In this document: positions 61,963-64,000 of the stretch, in pieces
Position numbering within the stretch: the stretch's first letter is position 1
Layout of the letters: each line of letters starts with the position of its first letter
NCBI GenBank assembly: GCA_963812015.1
Contig: CAWETI010000002.1
Span: 1,152,001 to 1,216,000 of the forward strand
Direction of reading: 5' to 3'
Length of the DNA stretch: 64,000 nucleotides
Origin: an uncultured delta proteobacterium
GTDB lineage: Bacteria > Desulfobacterota > Desulfobaccia > Desulfobaccales > 0-14-0-80-60-11
The notes under the pieces: model-generated
What the model saw: the letters and a program-made list of their open reading frames with translations, nothing else
Databases searched by the model: none
Told to the model about the DNA's origin: nothing
Position numbers and translations under genes: made by a program

Positions 61963-62520
61963 TTAATTGCCGCCGGGAAGATAGCGCCGGGCCCCCCGGT
62001 ACGAGACTCGCCAAACCTCGGCGTCCAGGCGGCTGATGAACACCCCCCGGGGGGAAGCATGCAGGAACCGGCCCCCGCCCAGGTAGAAGCCGTTGTGGCA
62101 CACCTCGTCCTGATAGCCCGGGGAGAGGAGGTCGGCCATAAAGACGTCCCGGCCCTGGGTCTGGCAGTAGCGGTTGAAGAAGACCACGTCGCCGAAGTGC
62201 AGGTCGCGGCGATCCACCGGGGCGCCTTCCTGGTACTGCTGGGCCACGGTGCGGGGCAGGTTCACCCCCGCCCGTTGATACAGGGCCTGGACCAACCCGG
62301 AGCAATCCACCCCGGCGGGTGTGGACCCCCCGGAGCGGTAAGGGGCGCCGTAGAAGTCACCCAGGGCCTGCTCCAGGGCCATCTCCCGGGGACTGCGGCC
62401 CGGGGCGGGCAGCGGGGCCACGGGTCCCAGGGGCGGTGGCGGCGGCGGGGCCCCGGCGCAGCCCGCCAGCAACAAGGCTGCGCTCAGAACGACTCCCAAG
62501 ATGCGACATGTGGCGCCCAT
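61963..62520 (-). CDS. NlpC/P60 (C40) peptidase lipoprotein
   Basis: Lipobox LLAGC; GAPYRSGG..GVDCSG; HNGFY..FLHAS. Confidence 0.92.
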   Translation of the reverse strand: MGATCRILGVVLSAALLLAGCAGAPPPPPPLGPVAPLPAPGRSPREMALEQALGDFYGAPYRSGGSTPAGVDCSGLVQALYQRAGVNLPRTVAQQYQEGAPVDRRDLHFGDVVFFNRYCQTQGRDVFMADLLSPGYQDEVCHNGFYLGGGRFLHASPRGVFISRLDAEVWRVSYRGARRYLPGGN

Positions 62521-62581
62521 AGCACCTCCAGCCGGGATGGTATGGAGCAAAACCGGCACCAGCGGTCCCTGACGATAACCC

Positions 62582-64000
62582 TTACTTTGCCACCTTGGCT
62601 TCGGTTTCGATCCGGGGAAACAGGGCCGGACCTTGGGCCAGGCGGCTGCCGGGGGCCAGTTGGCCCCATCTGAGCACCTGGGGCAGGGGGTGATCCCACA
62701 GGGCCGCCCCCAGGCCCAGTTGTTCGCTCATCTTCAGGGCGCTCCCGGGCATTACCGGCCGGAGCAGCGCCGCAATCCACCGTAATCCTTCCAGAAGATG
62801 GTACAGGACCGTATCCAACCGGCCGGCGGCCTCCGGTTGTTTGGCCAGTTCCCAGGGGGCCGCGGCCACGATATAGCGGTTGAGGAGACTGATGATTTCC
62901 CACAGCCCGGCCAGGGCGCGGCCGAACTCCAGCCCCGGGAACAGGCGGAGGAAGTTCGCGGCCATGTCCTGAATGGCGGTGACGATTTCTTGATCCAGGG
63001 GTTCAGGGACCCCCGGGGGCGGCACCACGCCTTGGCGGTATTTAAAGGCCATGCCCAGGCTGCGGGCGAAGAGATTGCCCAGGTCATTGGCCAGGTCGGC
63101 ATTGATCCGGGCGGTCAGGGCCGCCTCACTGAAGTGGGCGTCCAGCCCAAAGACCATCTCCCGGAGGAAGAAGTAGCGGACCTGGTCCACGCCGAAGCTG
63201 GCGGCCAAAGCCCTGGGCTCCACCACGTTGCCCAGGCTCTTGGACATTTTGCCTGCCGCCATCTGCCAGAAGCCGTGGACGTTGAGGTTTTGGAAGACCT
63301 CCACCCCCATGGCTTTCAACATGGTGGGCCAATAGATGGCGTGGGGTTTGAGAATGTCCTTGGCGATGAGATGCTGGGCGGGCCAGAATTTTTTGTAAGC
63401 CTCGCCTGCCGGGTAGTTCAGGCCCGTGAGATAGTTGATGAGGGCGTCGAACCAGACGTAGGTGACGTAGCGGTCGTCGAAGGGCAGGGTGATGCCCCAA
63501 TCCATGCGGCTCTTGGGGCGGGAGATGCACAGGTCCTCCAGGGGTTCCTTGAGGAAGGCCAGCATCTCGTTTTTGTAGCGCTCCGGCCGGATCCAGTCAG
63601 GGTGGGTGTTAATCTGGTGGATGAGCCAGTCCTGGTATTTGCTCATGCGGAAGAAGTAGTTCTCTTCCTTGAGATAGGTGGGGGCCACCTTGTGGTCCGG
63701 GCAGAGGCCGTCCACCAGGTCCCGTTCCAGGTAAAAGCACTCGCAGCCGAAGCAATAGAGCCCGCCGTACTCCCCGAAATAGATGTCCCCGGCGGCGTGC
63801 ACCCGGCTCAAGATTTCCTGCACCACCCGCACATGGTCCGGGTCGGTGGTGCGGATGTAGCGGTCGTAGCTGACGTCCAGGTCGTCCCAGGATTGGCGGA
63901 AGCGGGCGCTGATCTGGTCCACGAACTCTTTGACCGGGAGACCCACGGCCGCGGCCGCGTCCAGGACCTTGTCGCCGTGCTCGTCAGTGCCGGTCTGAAA
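62582..64000 (-). CDS. metG: Methionyl-tRNA synthetase, 5' end outside the window; short form without the C-terminal tRNA-binding domain
   Basis: TGTDEHG, YVWFDAL, KDILKPH, KMSKS, DLANDLGN. Confidence 0.97.
   Translation of the reverse strand, partial: FQTGTDEHGDKVLDAAAAVGLPVKEFVDQISARFRQSWDDLDVSYDRYIRTTDPDHVRVVQEILSRVHAAGDIYFGEYGGLYCFGCECFYLERDLVDGLCPDHKVAPTYLKEENYFFRMSKYQDWLIHQINTHPDWIRPERYKNEMLAFLKEPLEDLCISRPKSRMDWGITLPFDDRYVTYVWFDALINYLTGLNYPAGEAYKKFWPAQHLIAKDILKPHAIYWPTMLKAMGVEVFQNLNVHGFWQMAAGKMSKSLGNVVEPRALAASFGVDQVRYFFLREMVFGLDAHFSEAALTARINADLANDLGNLFARSLGMAFKYRQGVVPPPGVPEPLDQEIVTAIQDMAANFLRLFPGLEFGRALAGLWEIISLLNRYIVAAAPWELAKQPEAAGRLDTVLYHLLEGLRWIAALLRPVMPGSALKMSEQLGLGAALWDHPLPQVLRWGQLAPGSRLAQGPALFPRIETEAKVAK

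Overview
A GC-rich bacterial chromosome segment whose gene content points to a Desulfobacterota/deltaproteobacterial anaerobe: atpZ-I-B-E-rex separated from the F1 genes, a DVU0150-like/TauE/USP/PEP-synthase-like cluster, and a yicC-remA-gmk operon. The taxonomy is an inference. From left to right it holds: (1) a 12.8-kb signalling/transport cluster with a sensor kinase, two PEP-synthase-like proteins (one with a degenerate ATP-grasp), an ArsB/NhaD-type permease, a sigma54-driven TauE operon and three USPs; (2) an AT-rich glycan island with a GT9-GH99-methyltransferase gene broken by a single TAA; (3) a thioesterase, a candidate sRNA, a flavoprotein-SCP2 fusion and a MerR regulator, then ParB-like, metallophosphoesterase and YyaL genes; (4) an accessory region with an IS3 element, a decayed integrase/IS91 pair and a second AT-rich glycan island; (5) a CHASE2 adenylate cyclase / secreted protein / TPR-CHAT operon behind a GEMM-riboswitch-like attenuator; (6) housekeeping genes (uvrA, higBA, rex, atp Fo, gmk, queEC, rtcA, moaA, metG) with many palindromic repeats, one of which lies in frame inside queC. 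No rRNA, tRNA or CRISPR array was seen. All calls come from reading motifs by eye; no database search was run.
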